Of a stretch of DNA of 64,000 nucleotides, positions 7,885 to 17,449 are shown piece after piece. Location: IMG/VR virus record IMGVR_UViG_2639763153_000002; one strand, given 5' to 3'. Position numbers and translations under genes: made by a program. Under the pieces are notes generated by a model that was given only the letters and a program-made list of their open reading frames with translations, was not told where the DNA came from and did not search any database. Numbering within the stretch: position 1 is the stretch's first letter; each line of letters opens with the position of its first letter. The stretch is from a virus (lineage: Duplodnaviria > Heunggongvirae > Uroviricota > Caudoviricetes).

Positions 7885-8226
7885 GTGAACAAAGAGCCCC
7901 GTATCTACGGCAGCAAGTGGGACCGAGAGCGTCTTATCTTCCTACGTGCGCACCCCTTGTGCGTCATATGCCAGGAGCAAGGCAGGGTGACAGCGGCAAC
8001 GGTGGTAGATCACATCATCCCGCACAAACTGAAAGAGGCTCTGCGCTCTGGTGACAGCCAGGCAATCGCGAAGGCGCAAAAGCTTTTCTGGAGCCGGAAG
8101 AACTGGCAAGGGCTGTGTAAGCAGCACCACGACTCAACGAAGCAGCGAATGGAGAAGCGTGGCACCGTGATCGGCTGCGATGAAAACGGGATGCCACTGG
8201 ACCCGGCTTCTCATTGGTTTAAGTGA
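7885..8226 (+). CDS. HNH endonuclease (terminase-associated)
   Basis: C..C...VDHIIPH...N...LC..HH motif. Immediately upstream of terS/terL. Confidence 0.85.
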   Translation: MNKEPRIYGSKWDRERLIFLRAHPLCVICQEQGRVTAATVVDHIIPHKLKEALRSGDSQAIAKAQKLFWSRKNWQGLCKQHHDSTKQRMEKRGTVIGCDENGMPLDPASHWFK

Positions 8227-8408
8227 TAACCATTATCAATACACCTCAAAAGTGATTGTTATTTGAAATCACTAGCATTCAAATGATATCGATTCTCATC
8301 TGAGGGGGAGGGGCGGGTCAAAAGTTCAAAACCTCGAACCCAAATGACCGCCGCCAGTCCTTTTTGTGCACAACCGCGAAATGAAAAGTTTTTTTCCGGG
8401 AGGTTCCG

Positions 8409-8873
8409 ATGGCAGGACGACGCCCGAAACCGACCCACCTCAAAGTGGTTACCGGCAACCCGGGCAAACGAAAACTCAACGATAAAGAACCCACGCCAGC
8501 TAAAGAAATTCCAAGCCCCCCAGCTCATCTTACCGACTGGGGTAAGGTGGCATGGGGTCGGCTGACTGTGCTTCTCGATGGTATGGGTGTTCTCACCGTT
8601 GCAGATACTTTGGCTCTTGAAAGGCTTTGCGATATTTATGCCGATATCCTGCAACTGCGCGACACCATCGCTGTAGAGGGCAGAACTTATACCGTCCAGA
8701 CCGAGGGTGGTTTTCTGATAAAGGCCAACCCGGCAGTTTCAATGTTGGCTGATGCTGACCGTCGTTTTAAAAGTTACCTGGTTGAATTCGGTCTGACACC
8801 AGCGGCAAGGACGAAGGTGAAAGTGAATGGCGAAACCCCCGAAGAAGACACGCTCGACAAGTTCTTCGGTTGA
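8409..8873 (+). CDS. Terminase small subunit (P27 family)
   Basis: About 155 aa. N-terminal MAGRRPKPTHLKVVTGNPGKRK typical of P27-family TerS. Precedes TerL. Confidence 0.8.
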   Translation: MAGRRPKPTHLKVVTGNPGKRKLNDKEPTPAKEIPSPPAHLTDWGKVAWGRLTVLLDGMGVLTVADTLALERLCDIYADILQLRDTIAVEGRTYTVQTEGGFLIKANPAVSMLADADRRFKSYLVEFGLTPAARTKVKVNGETPEEDTLDKFFG

Positions 8874-10563
8874 TCCGGCAACGCAGTATGCAAAGGATGT
8901 AACCTCTGGAAAAGAACTGGCCGGTCCTGACATTCGAAATGCCTGCCAGAGACACCTCAGGGATCTTGAATCTTGCCATGCACGAGGGCTCCATTGGGAT
9001 GTTGAGGCAGCACAGCGCTCCATTGATTATTTTGCGAAAGTCCTCAAGCTTAACGGGGGCGATTTTGAAGGTGCGCCTTTTGTTCTGCTTCCATGGCAGT
9101 GTTTCATCGTCGGTTCGATTTTTGGCTGGAAAAATGCCAGAGGTTTTCGCCGGTTCCGAATGGTTTACGTGGAATCAGGAAAAGGATCTGGCAAATCCCC
9201 CCTTTCTGCCGGGATAGGTCTTTACTGTCTCACTGCAGATAAAGAACCTCGTGCTGAAGTTTATGCTGCTGCAACGAAAAAAGACCAGGCAATGGTCCTC
9301 TTTCGTGATGCGGTGGCGATGGTCGATCAGTCTCCGGCTCTTTCCGCACGCATACAGAAATCTGGCGGCGCCGGAAAAGAGTGGAACCTGGCTTTTCTTC
9401 AGGCTGGTTCATTCTTTCGCCCAATTAGTTCAGATGACGGACAGTCGGGTCCACGACCACATTGCGCTCTTATTGATGAAGTTCACGAGCATAAAAGCAA
9501 TCAGGTTGTTGAAATGATGCGCGCCGGCACTAAAGGTCGCCGGCAGGCACTCATTTTTATGATCACCAACAGTGGACACGATAAAACCAGCGTCTGCTAT
9601 GACTATCACGAATACGGTAGAAAGGTATCTGCTGGTTCGATAGAAGATGATAGTTTTTTCGCCTTTATTTGTTCACTGGATGAAGGTGACGATCCTTTCA
9701 AGGATGAGTCCTGCTGGAAAAAGGCTAACCCCTCGTTGGGTCACACCTTTGAAGAAAGCTATCTTCGTGAGCAGGTGACTCAGGCCCGGGGGATGCCTTC
9801 GAAAGAGAGTATTGTCAGGCGTCTCAACTTCTGTCAGTGGGTTGACGCGGCTAACCCGTGGATGAGCAGTGATGTCTGGATGGGATGTGAGGAAAACTTT
9901 GATCCAGATGAGCTGGAGGGTGAGGAATGCTACGGTGGCCTGGACTTGTCCGGATCCCGTGATTTGACTGCCCTGGCGCTGTTTTTTCCAAAACAACGCA
10001 AGTTGCTGGTGGAGTTCTGGACACCCAAAGATACCTTGCTCGAACGGGCTAAAACGGACCGGGTGCCTTATGACGCCTGGGAGCGCGATGGTCACATCCA
10101 CACTACGCCAGGCAAAGCGGTGAAATACGGCTTTGTTGCCCAGCGTATTGCCGATCTGACGGAGAAGTTCGATATCAAGGCCATCGCCTTCGACCAGTAT
10201 CGCATTAAATATCTTGAGCCGGAGCTTGAGGAAGCATCTGTTTCTGTTCCCTTAATCCCTCATGGGCAAGGGTATTACAAAGCGAAAGATTCCGGGCTGT
10301 GGATGCCTCACTCCATCGAATTGTTTGAAGAGTTGCTTGATGACAGCGTCATTATCATCAGGACGAACCCTTGTCTTCGCTGGAATGCGGCTTCAGCAGT
10401 GACGGAGGCTGATCAGAAAGAAAACCGAATTTTTGCCAAGAAAAAAAGTACCGGGCGTATCGACGGCATTGTAGCGGGCGCTATGGCAATCGGTGCCTCC
10501 GAAGGCTATGAGGATGATTCTGGCGATATCGACGACTTTTTCAGTAATCCCATCATTGTGTGA
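8827..10563 (+). CDS. Terminase large subunit
   Basis: 578 aa. P-loop-like VESGKGSGKS and nuclease acidic motifs. Position before portal. Confidence 0.9.
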   Translation: MAKPPKKTRSTSSSVDPATQYAKDVTSGKELAGPDIRNACQRHLRDLESCHARGLHWDVEAAQRSIDYFAKVLKLNGGDFEGAPFVLLPWQCFIVGSIFGWKNARGFRRFRMVYVESGKGSGKSPLSAGIGLYCLTADKEPRAEVYAAATKKDQAMVLFRDAVAMVDQSPALSARIQKSGGAGKEWNLAFLQAGSFFRPISSDDGQSGPRPHCALIDEVHEHKSNQVVEMMRAGTKGRRQALIFMITNSGHDKTSVCYDYHEYGRKVSAGSIEDDSFFAFICSLDEGDDPFKDESCWKKANPSLGHTFEESYLREQVTQARGMPSKESIVRRLNFCQWVDAANPWMSSDVWMGCEENFDPDELEGEECYGGLDLSGSRDLTALALFFPKQRKLLVEFWTPKDTLLERAKTDRVPYDAWERDGHIHTTPGKAVKYGFVAQRIADLTEKFDIKAIAFDQYRIKYLEPELEEASVSVPLIPHGQGYYKAKDSGLWMPHSIELFEELLDDSVIIIRTNPCLRWNAASAVTEADQKENRIFAKKKSTGRIDGIVAGAMAIGASEGYEDDSGDIDDFFSNPIIV

Positions 10564-10569
10564 GTCACC

Positions 10570-11889
10570 ATGAATAAAGAGAAGAAGTCAGGCCGGATAA
10601 AAAGCGCCGTTCGCCGGTGGCTCGGCGTACCCATCTCCCTTACCGACGGTGAATTCTGGGCTGCTTATGCTGGTGGGCAGTCCGCAGCAGGGAAATCCGT
10701 TACGGTTGATAAAGCCCTGCAGTTATCGGCAGTGTGGTCATGTGTAAGGCTGTTATCCGAAACCATCGCGACGTTGCCTGTTGGTTTTTACGAAAAAACG
10801 GCTGACGGTCGCCAGAATGCAAATGATCACCCGCTTTATGAGCTCCTCCATAATCAACCCAATGCTGATATGACTGCAGTGGAGTTCTGGGAAATGATCA
10901 TGGCCAGCCTGCTTTTGTGGGGGAATGCTTATGCAGAAATCGATCGAACCGGAAAGCGTATTACCTCGCTGGTGCCTCTCAGGCCAGAAAGGATGAAGGT
11001 TGATTTAAGCAAGAGCGGAGATCCAATTTATACCTACCGTGACTGGCCTTCAGGTACATCCCGAAACATTGATGAACGGGACATCATGCACATCCGTGCG
11101 TTCAGCACCAATGGTGTCATGGGCCTGTCGCCTGTCAGTTATGCCCGACAGACACTTGGCCTGGCAATGGCAACAGATGAAGCCAGCGCCAAAGTTTTTA
11201 AAAACGGTATGCGGCCCAGCGGCGTTCTCTCAATGGATCAGATCCTGAAAAAAGAGCAGCGCAATGAAGTACGTGAAAGCATGGTTGAACAATTTTCTGG
11301 ATCCATGAATACCGGGAAAATGATGGTTCTTGAAGCGGGAATGAAGTTTCAGCCTGTTGACCTAAACCCGGAAGACGCCCAGATGCTGCAGTCCAGAGCC
11401 TTCAATATCGAAGAGATTTGTCGGTGGTTCAGAGTATGGCCGGGGTTGATTGGACATACCGCTCAGGGGCAGACGATGTGGGGAAGTGGCGTCGAACAGA
11501 TGCTGATTGGCTTTTTAACGTTTTCACTTCGTCCATGGCTGACCCGTATTGAGCAGGCGATTCGTAAAAGTCTCCTGGCTCCGGGAGAAAGAAATAAGTA
11601 CTTCGCAGAGTTTTCCATCGAAGGTCTCTTACGTGCTGACAGCGCCGCCCGTGCAGCTTTTTACTCAACGATGACCCAGAACGGTCTGATGACCCGCAAT
11701 GAAGCACGGCAAAAAGAAAACCTTCAGCCAAAACCTGGCGCTGACCAACTAACCGTTCAATCCAACCTGCTGCCGATAGATCAGCTTGGCAAGTCCGGCG
11801 ACAGTGAATCAGCCAAAAACGCACTGCGGGAATGGCTTGGCATTAAATCAGAGGAGACGCCGGAATGTACCGGAAAAACGCAGCCATGA
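10570..11889 (+). CDS. Portal protein (HK97 family)
   Basis: 439 aa. Order TerL-portal-protease-MCP. Confidence 0.9.
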   Translation: MNKEKKSGRIKSAVRRWLGVPISLTDGEFWAAYAGGQSAAGKSVTVDKALQLSAVWSCVRLLSETIATLPVGFYEKTADGRQNANDHPLYELLHNQPNADMTAVEFWEMIMASLLLWGNAYAEIDRTGKRITSLVPLRPERMKVDLSKSGDPIYTYRDWPSGTSRNIDERDIMHIRAFSTNGVMGLSPVSYARQTLGLAMATDEASAKVFKNGMRPSGVLSMDQILKKEQRNEVRESMVEQFSGSMNTGKMMVLEAGMKFQPVDLNPEDAQMLQSRAFNIEEICRWFRVWPGLIGHTAQGQTMWGSGVEQMLIGFLTFSLRPWLTRIEQAIRKSLLAPGERNKYFAEFSIEGLLRADSAARAAFYSTMTQNGLMTRNEARQKENLQPKPGADQLTVQSNLLPIDQLGKSGDSESAKNALREWLGIKSEETPECTGKTQP

Positions 11890-12572
11890 AAGTAAAGGCA
11901 TTCGACTTCGATATTAAGGCTGTCAACGATGACGGCCTTTTTTCTGGATACGGTTCTGTCTTCGATGTGGTGGATAGCTACAACGAAGTCGTGGCGCCGG
12001 GCGCATTCCTCGAAAGCATCGAGGAAACGCGGGCTAAGGGGAGGACGTTCCCTGTTCTCTGGCAGCATCGCACCGGTGAACCCATCGGGAACTGGGATAT
12101 CTCAACCCTGAAAGAAGATAAGCATGGGCTTTTTGGTGAAGGCGCTTTGTGGCTGGACGACGCCGCCTACGCCAAAACTGCATGGAGAGGCATGAAAACC
12201 CGTGCCATTACGGGCCTTTCCATTGGCTATTACGTTCGGGAATCGAATTACGATGAGAAAACCCGGATCCGCACATTAACGAAGCTCGACCTGGTTGAAA
12301 TCTCCATCGTTACCGTACCAGCCAACGACGATGCCCGCATCGACGTCATTAAGTCGAAATTGTCACACGGTGATCTTCCTTCCTTACCTGAATTTGAGAA
12401 GTTCCTGCGAGAGGCAGGTTTCTCGAAAAGTCAGTCCGCTGCGGTCGCCTCCCGCGGACTGTCCTATCTGCTTGACCGGAGTGAGTCCGGGGGCGAAGAC
12501 GGCGAAACCAAAGCGGCTATTGCGGCGATGCGCCAGCAACTGAGCCAGTTTTCTCTCCCAAAAATTCTCTAA
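11865..12572 (+). CDS. Prohead protease (HK97 family)
   Basis: 235 aa. Position and size. Overlaps the portal end. Confidence 0.85.
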   Translation: MYRKNAAMKVKAFDFDIKAVNDDGLFSGYGSVFDVVDSYNEVVAPGAFLESIEETRAKGRTFPVLWQHRTGEPIGNWDISTLKEDKHGLFGEGALWLDDAAYAKTAWRGMKTRAITGLSIGYYVRESNYDEKTRIRTLTKLDLVEISIVTVPANDDARIDVIKSKLSHGDLPSLPEFEKFLREAGFSKSQSAAVASRGLSYLLDRSESGGEDGETKAAIAAMRQQLSQFSLPKIL

Positions 12573-12581
12573 GGGATTTAT

Positions 12582-13802
12582 ATGTACCAGAAAAAATCGG
12601 CTGATGATCAGCCACAAAGTATTGGCGAAATCTCTTCTCAGCTCACCATGGTGATTGATCAGGTCAAAAACTTTGGCGAAGACGTGAAGAAAAAAATGGA
12701 GGCAGGAGAAACCGTTTCACTGGAACTGAAACAACGAACGGACGAAAGCCTTAATCAGATGAACGAGCTTAAAGAACGTCTCACTGAGCTGGAGCAAAAA
12801 GGCGCACGCCGCCCGAACGATGCACCTGCACAGCGAAAATCGCTCGGTGAGCTGGTGGTCGAAAGTGAAGAGTTCAAAGGTATGGACAGTTCGGCCCGCA
12901 AGAGCATCCGCGTCAAACTGGAACAGAAAGATATTATGAACGTGCCGGCCACTACGGGCACAGGCGTGAGCCCAACCAACAGCCTGGTGGTCTCCGATCG
13001 TGTTCAGGGCATTATCGCCCCGCCGGAACGTACTCTGACCATCCGTAATCTGCTTATCCCCGGCACTACCGCATCTAACGGTATTGAATTCGTTCAGGAA
13101 ACGGGGTTTACCAATAATGCTGCAGCTGTGGCGGAAGGTGCCCTGAAACCAAAATCTGACATTCGGTTTGATCTGAAAAGTGCGCCGGTTCGTACTATTG
13201 CGCATTACTTTAAAGCGTCCCGTCAGATCCTGGACGATGCGCCCGGTCTGGCCAGCTATATCAATGGCCGCGCTCAGTATGGTCTTCGTTTCAAAGAAGA
13301 ACAGCAACTGCTGAGCGGCGATGGCACCGGTGCGAATATCCTCGGTATTCTGCCGCAGGCAACAGAATTTGCACCAGCCCTAACCCTGTCCAATGCCACG
13401 CCGATCGACCGTCTTCGCCTGGCTGTTCTGCAGGCCGTTCTTGCGGAATATCCGGCGTCTGGTTTTGTCCTGAACCCGATTGACTGGGCAGGCATCGAGC
13501 TGACCAAAGATAACGAAGGTCGCTATATCATCGCGCAGCCGGTTAATGGTGGTGTTCCTCGTATCTGGGGTCTCCCTGTTGTGGAAACACAGGCCATGGC
13601 ACAGAACAACTTCCTGACTGGTGCCTTCAACATGGCTGCGCAAATCTTCGACCGCATGGATATCGAAGTGCTGCTCTCCACTGAGAACGAAGATGACTTT
13701 ATTAAAAACATGGTCACCATTCGTGCGGAAGAGCGTCTGGCGTTAGCGGTTTATCGTCCGGAAGCATTTGTCACCGGAACTGTAACCGCTTCAGGCGGCT
13801 GA
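12582..13802 (+). CDS. Major capsid protein (HK97 fold), N-terminal delta/scaffold domain
   Basis: 406 aa. Coiled-coil N-terminus followed by capsid core. Paralogue at 41930..43093. Confidence 0.9.
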   Translation: MYQKKSADDQPQSIGEISSQLTMVIDQVKNFGEDVKKKMEAGETVSLELKQRTDESLNQMNELKERLTELEQKGARRPNDAPAQRKSLGELVVESEEFKGMDSSARKSIRVKLEQKDIMNVPATTGTGVSPTNSLVVSDRVQGIIAPPERTLTIRNLLIPGTTASNGIEFVQETGFTNNAAAVAEGALKPKSDIRFDLKSAPVRTIAHYFKASRQILDDAPGLASYINGRAQYGLRFKEEQQLLSGDGTGANILGILPQATEFAPALTLSNATPIDRLRLAVLQAVLAEYPASGFVLNPIDWAGIELTKDNEGRYIIAQPVNGGVPRIWGLPVVETQAMAQNNFLTGAFNMAAQIFDRMDIEVLLSTENEDDFIKNMVTIRAEERLALAVYRPEAFVTGTVTASGG

Positions 13803-13844
13803 CAATTCAGGGCCGCTTAGCGGCCCTCTCTTTCTGAGGAGATA

Positions 13845-14102
13845 GTGATGGCCAGAAAAAATGTGGCTGAACCGTCTGTATCCGACGGTATAAATGCTGC
13901 GCCAGAACCCACAGAGTCCGGGACTATTCAGGTTCAGCCTGTCCGGCGTTTTATGGATGGCGACATTTTCAGGACGCCAGCTGATGATCCGTTTCATGTC
14001 TCTCGCTTACGTGCTGCCGAGCTCAAAGGTAACGGTCTGGTGACCATAGTTGGTGAAGTCCCTGATAACAAAATGAACCGCGCCCCCGAAACCAAAGGGT
14101 AA
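13845..14102 (+). CDS. Small hypothetical head-module protein
   Basis: ORF between MCP and connector. Confidence 0.35.
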   Translation: MMARKNVAEPSVSDGINAAPEPTESGTIQVQPVRRFMDGDIFRTPADDPFHVSRLRAAELKGNGLVTIVGEVPDNKMNRAPETKG

Positions 14103-14107
14103 TTGTT

Positions 14108-14440
14108 ATGACGGTAATCAACACTGAAACAGCCATGGAACATCTCAGGCTGGATGATGAAATCGATAAAACGATGGTGGAGGGGTATCTTGCCGCTGCG
14201 GAGGATGCTGCCATGCAGTTTCTCAACCGACGCTTTTTCGCTGACCAGGCTGCTCTGGATAGTGCTGTTGAGAATGAAAGCGCTGGCGATCGTCCTCTTA
14301 TCATCACGCCCTCCATTCAGAGCGCGGTTCTTCTTATCGTGGGCTGGTTGTATGAAAACCGCGGGGATGATCTGAGTCCTGATATTCCAGGACCCGCACG
14401 CTGGTTGCTGAATCCCTGGCGAATTCAAATGGGTGTTTAG
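14108..14440 (+). CDS. Head-tail connector (gp6-like)
   Basis: About 110 aa with LRLDDEIDK...EGYL...AE pattern. Confidence 0.7.
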   Translation: MTVINTETAMEHLRLDDEIDKTMVEGYLAAAEDAAMQFLNRRFFADQAALDSAVENESAGDRPLIITPSIQSAVLLIVGWLYENRGDDLSPDIPGPARWLLNPWRIQMGV

Positions 14441-14448
14441 CCGGAGGG

Positions 14449-14790
14449 ATGATGAAAATTGGACCAATGCGGCATCGGATCACCATCCGTAATTTTATTA
14501 CTACACGAACACCGAGTGGTCAGCCAACAGAAGAGTGGTCTGACGGCGCCACTATCTGGGCAGAGGTTAAGGGAATCAGTGGGCGAGAGAGCCTGACAGC
14601 AGGAGCAGAAAGGGCGGATGCTACCATTCGTGTATGGGTTCGATATCGCAAAGATATTTCGGCATCATCGCGGCTTCTTGTCCTGAATGGCCCCTACAAA
14701 GGAGTGACATTGAATGTCACCGGGCCTCCGGTGCCAGATAGCAAAGGTACCCGGCTGGAAATTCTTTGCAAACAGGGGACCGAAAAATGA
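14449..14790 (+). CDS. Head closure / head-tail adaptor protein
   Basis: About 110 aa. HRITI...WAEVKG..GRE pattern. Confidence 0.7.
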   Translation: MMKIGPMRHRITIRNFITTRTPSGQPTEEWSDGATIWAEVKGISGRESLTAGAERADATIRVWVRYRKDISASSRLLVLNGPYKGVTLNVTGPPVPDSKGTRLEILCKQGTEK

Positions 14791-15236
14791 TTGATGTGAA
14801 TCTGGATTTTTCCGGGCTGCAGGATATTGCCCGCGATCTGCAAACGCTCAGCAAGGCCGAAAATAATAAAGTTCTCCGGGAGTCGACCCGTGCTGGTGCC
14901 GAATTGCTACGCGAGGAGGTTATTGATCGCGCGCCGGAGAAAACCGGAAAACTGAAGAAAAACGTTGTTGTCGTCACCCAGAAAAGCCGCCGTCGTGGTG
15001 AAATCTCATCGGGGGTGCATATTCGTGGCGTTAACCCGCGAACGGGGAACAGCGACAACACCATGAAGGCCAGCAACAAGCGGAATGCGTTTTACTGGCG
15101 CTTTGTGGAGCTGGGGACAGCTACGGCGCCAGCACATCCGTTTGTTCGTCCTGCCTTTGATACCCGCATGGAAGAGGCTGCGCAGGTGGCTATGCAGCGG
15201 ATGAATCAGGCTATTGATGAGGTGCTGGCTAAATGA
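14766..15236 (+). CDS. HK97 gp10-family tail component
   Basis: Paralogue of 40253..40792. FYWRFVELGT motif. Confidence 0.7.
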   Translation: MQTGDRKMIDVNLDFSGLQDIARDLQTLSKAENNKVLRESTRAGAELLREEVIDRAPEKTGKLKKNVVVVTQKSRRRGEISSGVHIRGVNPRTGNSDNTMKASNKRNAFYWRFVELGTATAPAHPFVRPAFDTRMEEAAQVAMQRMNQAIDEVLAK

Positions 15237-15580
15237 CAGAAGATGATCTCTATGACCTGCTGTCGCCGCTGGCAGACGGGCGGGTTTATCCGTATGTGGT
15301 GCCGCTAGGCAGCGACGGACTTCCTGCAGTTTCCACTCCCTATGTCATTTTCTCGATACCGACTGATGTTGCCGGGGATGTTTTCTGCGGACAGGCAGAG
15401 TCGACACTGCGCATTCAGGTTGATGTATGGGCTGAAACGAATGACGAAGCCAGAGCGTTACGCCTGGACGCCCTGGCTCGCCTGCAGGTGCTTTCACCTG
15501 TCGAGGTGACAAAAATTCCTGGCTACGACACGACAACCCATCTTCATCGGGCAACCCTCGAAATAACGGTTATTGCCTGA
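15233..15580 (+). CDS. Tail completion/terminator protein (DUF3168-like)
   Basis: Size and position between gp10-like and the major tail protein. Confidence 0.6.
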   Translation: MTEDDLYDLLSPLADGRVYPYVVPLGSDGLPAVSTPYVIFSIPTDVAGDVFCGQAESTLRIQVDVWAETNDEARALRLDALARLQVLSPVEVTKIPGYDTTTHLHRATLEITVIA

Positions 15581-15624
15581 CAAAAACCAATCCAATCCGA
15601 CCGCCGCTGGCGGTTTTTTCATTT

Positions 15625-16341
15625 ATGGAGGCTGCGATGTCAGCACTATTTGAACGTGCCCAAAAAACGGTAGTAATGATTACCTCTGTGCCGGTCACTG
15701 CGGCAGAGCTGGATACGGCAACCTGGTTAAACCTGAGTTGCACTATCAAACAGGCTAGCTTTAGCGCTGGTCAGAAAAACGATATTGACGTGACAGTGCT
15801 CTGTTCGGATGAAACGGAAAATATCAACGGCCTTCCAGCTCCGTCTGAAATGTCACTTTCCGGTAACTTCTACCGCAACCCGGCGCAGGATGCACTTCGT
15901 GCAGCATACGATAACGACGGGGTTTATGGATTTAAGGTTATTTTCCCGTCTGGTAATGGATTCCTGATGCGCGCTGAGGTACGTCAGCACACCTGGGATT
16001 CTCAAACCAACGGTGTTGTTGCTGCAACGTTCTCGCTGCGTCTGAAAGGCAAACCCTCCAATATTAACGCCCCAGGAGTCCTGTCTTTTGCTACAGACCT
16101 TCCGGCGTCCCAAACGGTCGCGGCAGAAAGCGCCCTGACTATGGGCGTGGTCGTTCAGGGCGGTACGGCACCTTATACCTACGTCTGGAAAAAGGGTTCC
16201 TCGACGGTCAGCGGCCAGACCAGCGCAACGTTTAATAAGGCCAGCGCTGTATCCGGTGATGCCGGGGTTTATTCCTGCGTGGTTACTGATGCCGATGGCA
16301 CTGTGATCACTTCTTCAGATTGCACCGTCACCATCAGTTAA
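15625..16341 (+). CDS. Major tail protein with C-terminal Ig-like domain
   Basis: 238 aa. C-terminal about 90 aa resemble a Big_2/Ig fold (...YTYVWKKGSSTVSGQTSATF...GVYSCVVTDADG...). Confidence 0.75.
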   Translation: MEAAMSALFERAQKTVVMITSVPVTAAELDTATWLNLSCTIKQASFSAGQKNDIDVTVLCSDETENINGLPAPSEMSLSGNFYRNPAQDALRAAYDNDGVYGFKVIFPSGNGFLMRAEVRQHTWDSQTNGVVAATFSLRLKGKPSNINAPGVLSFATDLPASQTVAAESALTMGVVVQGGTAPYTYVWKKGSSTVSGQTSATFNKASAVSGDAGVYSCVVTDADGTVITSSDCTVTIS

Positions 16342-16371
16342 CGGAGCGCCGGGCGACCGGCGATAAACTTA

Positions 16372-16776
16372 ATGTCAAAACCGAGTCTTAAAGCACTGGC
16401 ACTGGCACCAATGGCGGGCTTTCGAAAAAAAGAAGTCTCCGTTCCGGAGTGGGAAAACGCCAAAGTCATTATTCGTGAGCCATCAGCAGAAGCCTGGATT
16501 CGCTGGCAGGGCATTGCCAGCCCGGAACAACCCAAACCACCGGAAGGGCAGGAGCCCCAGGAGGCACCAGAACTGACCCCTTCAGAACGAGCCTTCCGTA
16601 CGATGCGGGCCGACGTCACGCTTTTCATCGATATTTTGCTGGATACCGACCTGCAGCCCGTCTTTACTGTCGATGACACTGAACAGGTTGAAGCGATCTA
16701 TGGCCCTGTGCATTCCCGGCTGTTGAAGCAGGCACTTGATCTCATTCGTGACGCGGATGATGCTAAAGCAAAGTAA
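16372..16776 (+). CDS. Tail assembly chaperone (gpG-like)
   Basis: Position between MTP and TMP. Acidic C-terminus. Confidence 0.65.
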   Translation: MSKPSLKALALAPMAGFRKKEVSVPEWENAKVIIREPSAEAWIRWQGIASPEQPKPPEGQEPQEAPELTPSERAFRTMRADVTLFIDILLDTDLQPVFTVDDTEQVEAIYGPVHSRLLKQALDLIRDADDAKAK

Positions 16777-16778
16777 AA

Positions 16779-17084
16779 ATGCCTGGCATGCAGTTCCTGA
16801 TGGCGCTGGCGCTCCGGATGGGCCGCACGCTGGGCGAACTGCGACAAACCATGACGGTTGGCGAATTCAGAATGTGGGCTGAATACGATCGTATCAGCCC
16901 AATCGGCGATATTCGCGGCGATATTCTCAATGCTCAGCTGGTATCTGCGGTTTACGGAGCCCAGGGCGGTAAAGTCACCATTGAAGAGGCTCAGCTTCAG
17001 TGGGGCACAGAAGAGGATGAGGTAAGCGACAGCGGCGATCCCTTTGCGGGGCTGGAAGCGGCGCTGCTGGCTGCGTCAGCATAG
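16779..17084 (+). CDS. Tail assembly chaperone extension (gpT-like, probable -1 frameshift product of G)
   Basis: ORF in the -1 frame relative to G, immediately following. No canonical slippery heptamer identified. Confidence 0.45.
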   Translation: MPGMQFLMALALRMGRTLGELRQTMTVGEFRMWAEYDRISPIGDIRGDILNAQLVSAVYGAQGGKVTIEEAQLQWGTEEDEVSDSGDPFAGLEAALLAASA

Positions 17085-17156
17085 CCGGTAATAATTCGTG
17101 TGGATGCCACTTATAACAGGTGTTATGTTGTTTTTTTGACACACGGAGTGCTTTAA

Positions 17157-17390
17157 ATGACTACTACTGGCTGGATATTATTATTTGTTTTTGCTCGCCT
17201 TATTGATCTTGTTATCTGGTATTTCCTGAACAGAGGAAGCGTAAGAGCTAATGATCAGATCGCTATGCTTAAAGAAATCTCTGAAAAGCAAAGTGCTCAA
17301 ATTGATCTTCTGATTGCACTTGCTCATAAAAAAGAGGAACCAGAAAAAGATTATCTGGAAGAAGCAAGGAAAAAAGCTGGTTTAATTTAA
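17157..17390 (+). CDS. Small membrane protein (moron) with its own terminator
   Basis: 77 aa. N-terminal TM helix plus charged tail. AT-rich. Followed by an intrinsic terminator. Confidence 0.4.
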   Translation: MTTTGWILLFVFARLIDLVIWYFLNRGSVRANDQIAMLKEISEKQSAQIDLLIALAHKKEEPEKDYLEEARKKAGLI

Positions 17391-17411
17391 TAATATTAAA
17401 ATCATAAAAAT

Positions 17412-17432
17412 CCCCACAATGTGGGGTTTTTT
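17412..17432 (+). terminator. Rho-independent terminator (CCCCAC-aat-GTGGGG followed by T6)
   Basis: Stem-loop plus U-run directly before the TMP RBS. Confidence 0.6.
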
Positions 17433-17449
17433 GTTTCTGAGGAAATGAA

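Noticed and set aside
12717-13307. 196-aa ORF antisense to the major capsid gene
   Set aside because: Lies entirely inside, and opposite to, a high-confidence capsid gene. GC-rich antisense frames commonly stay open
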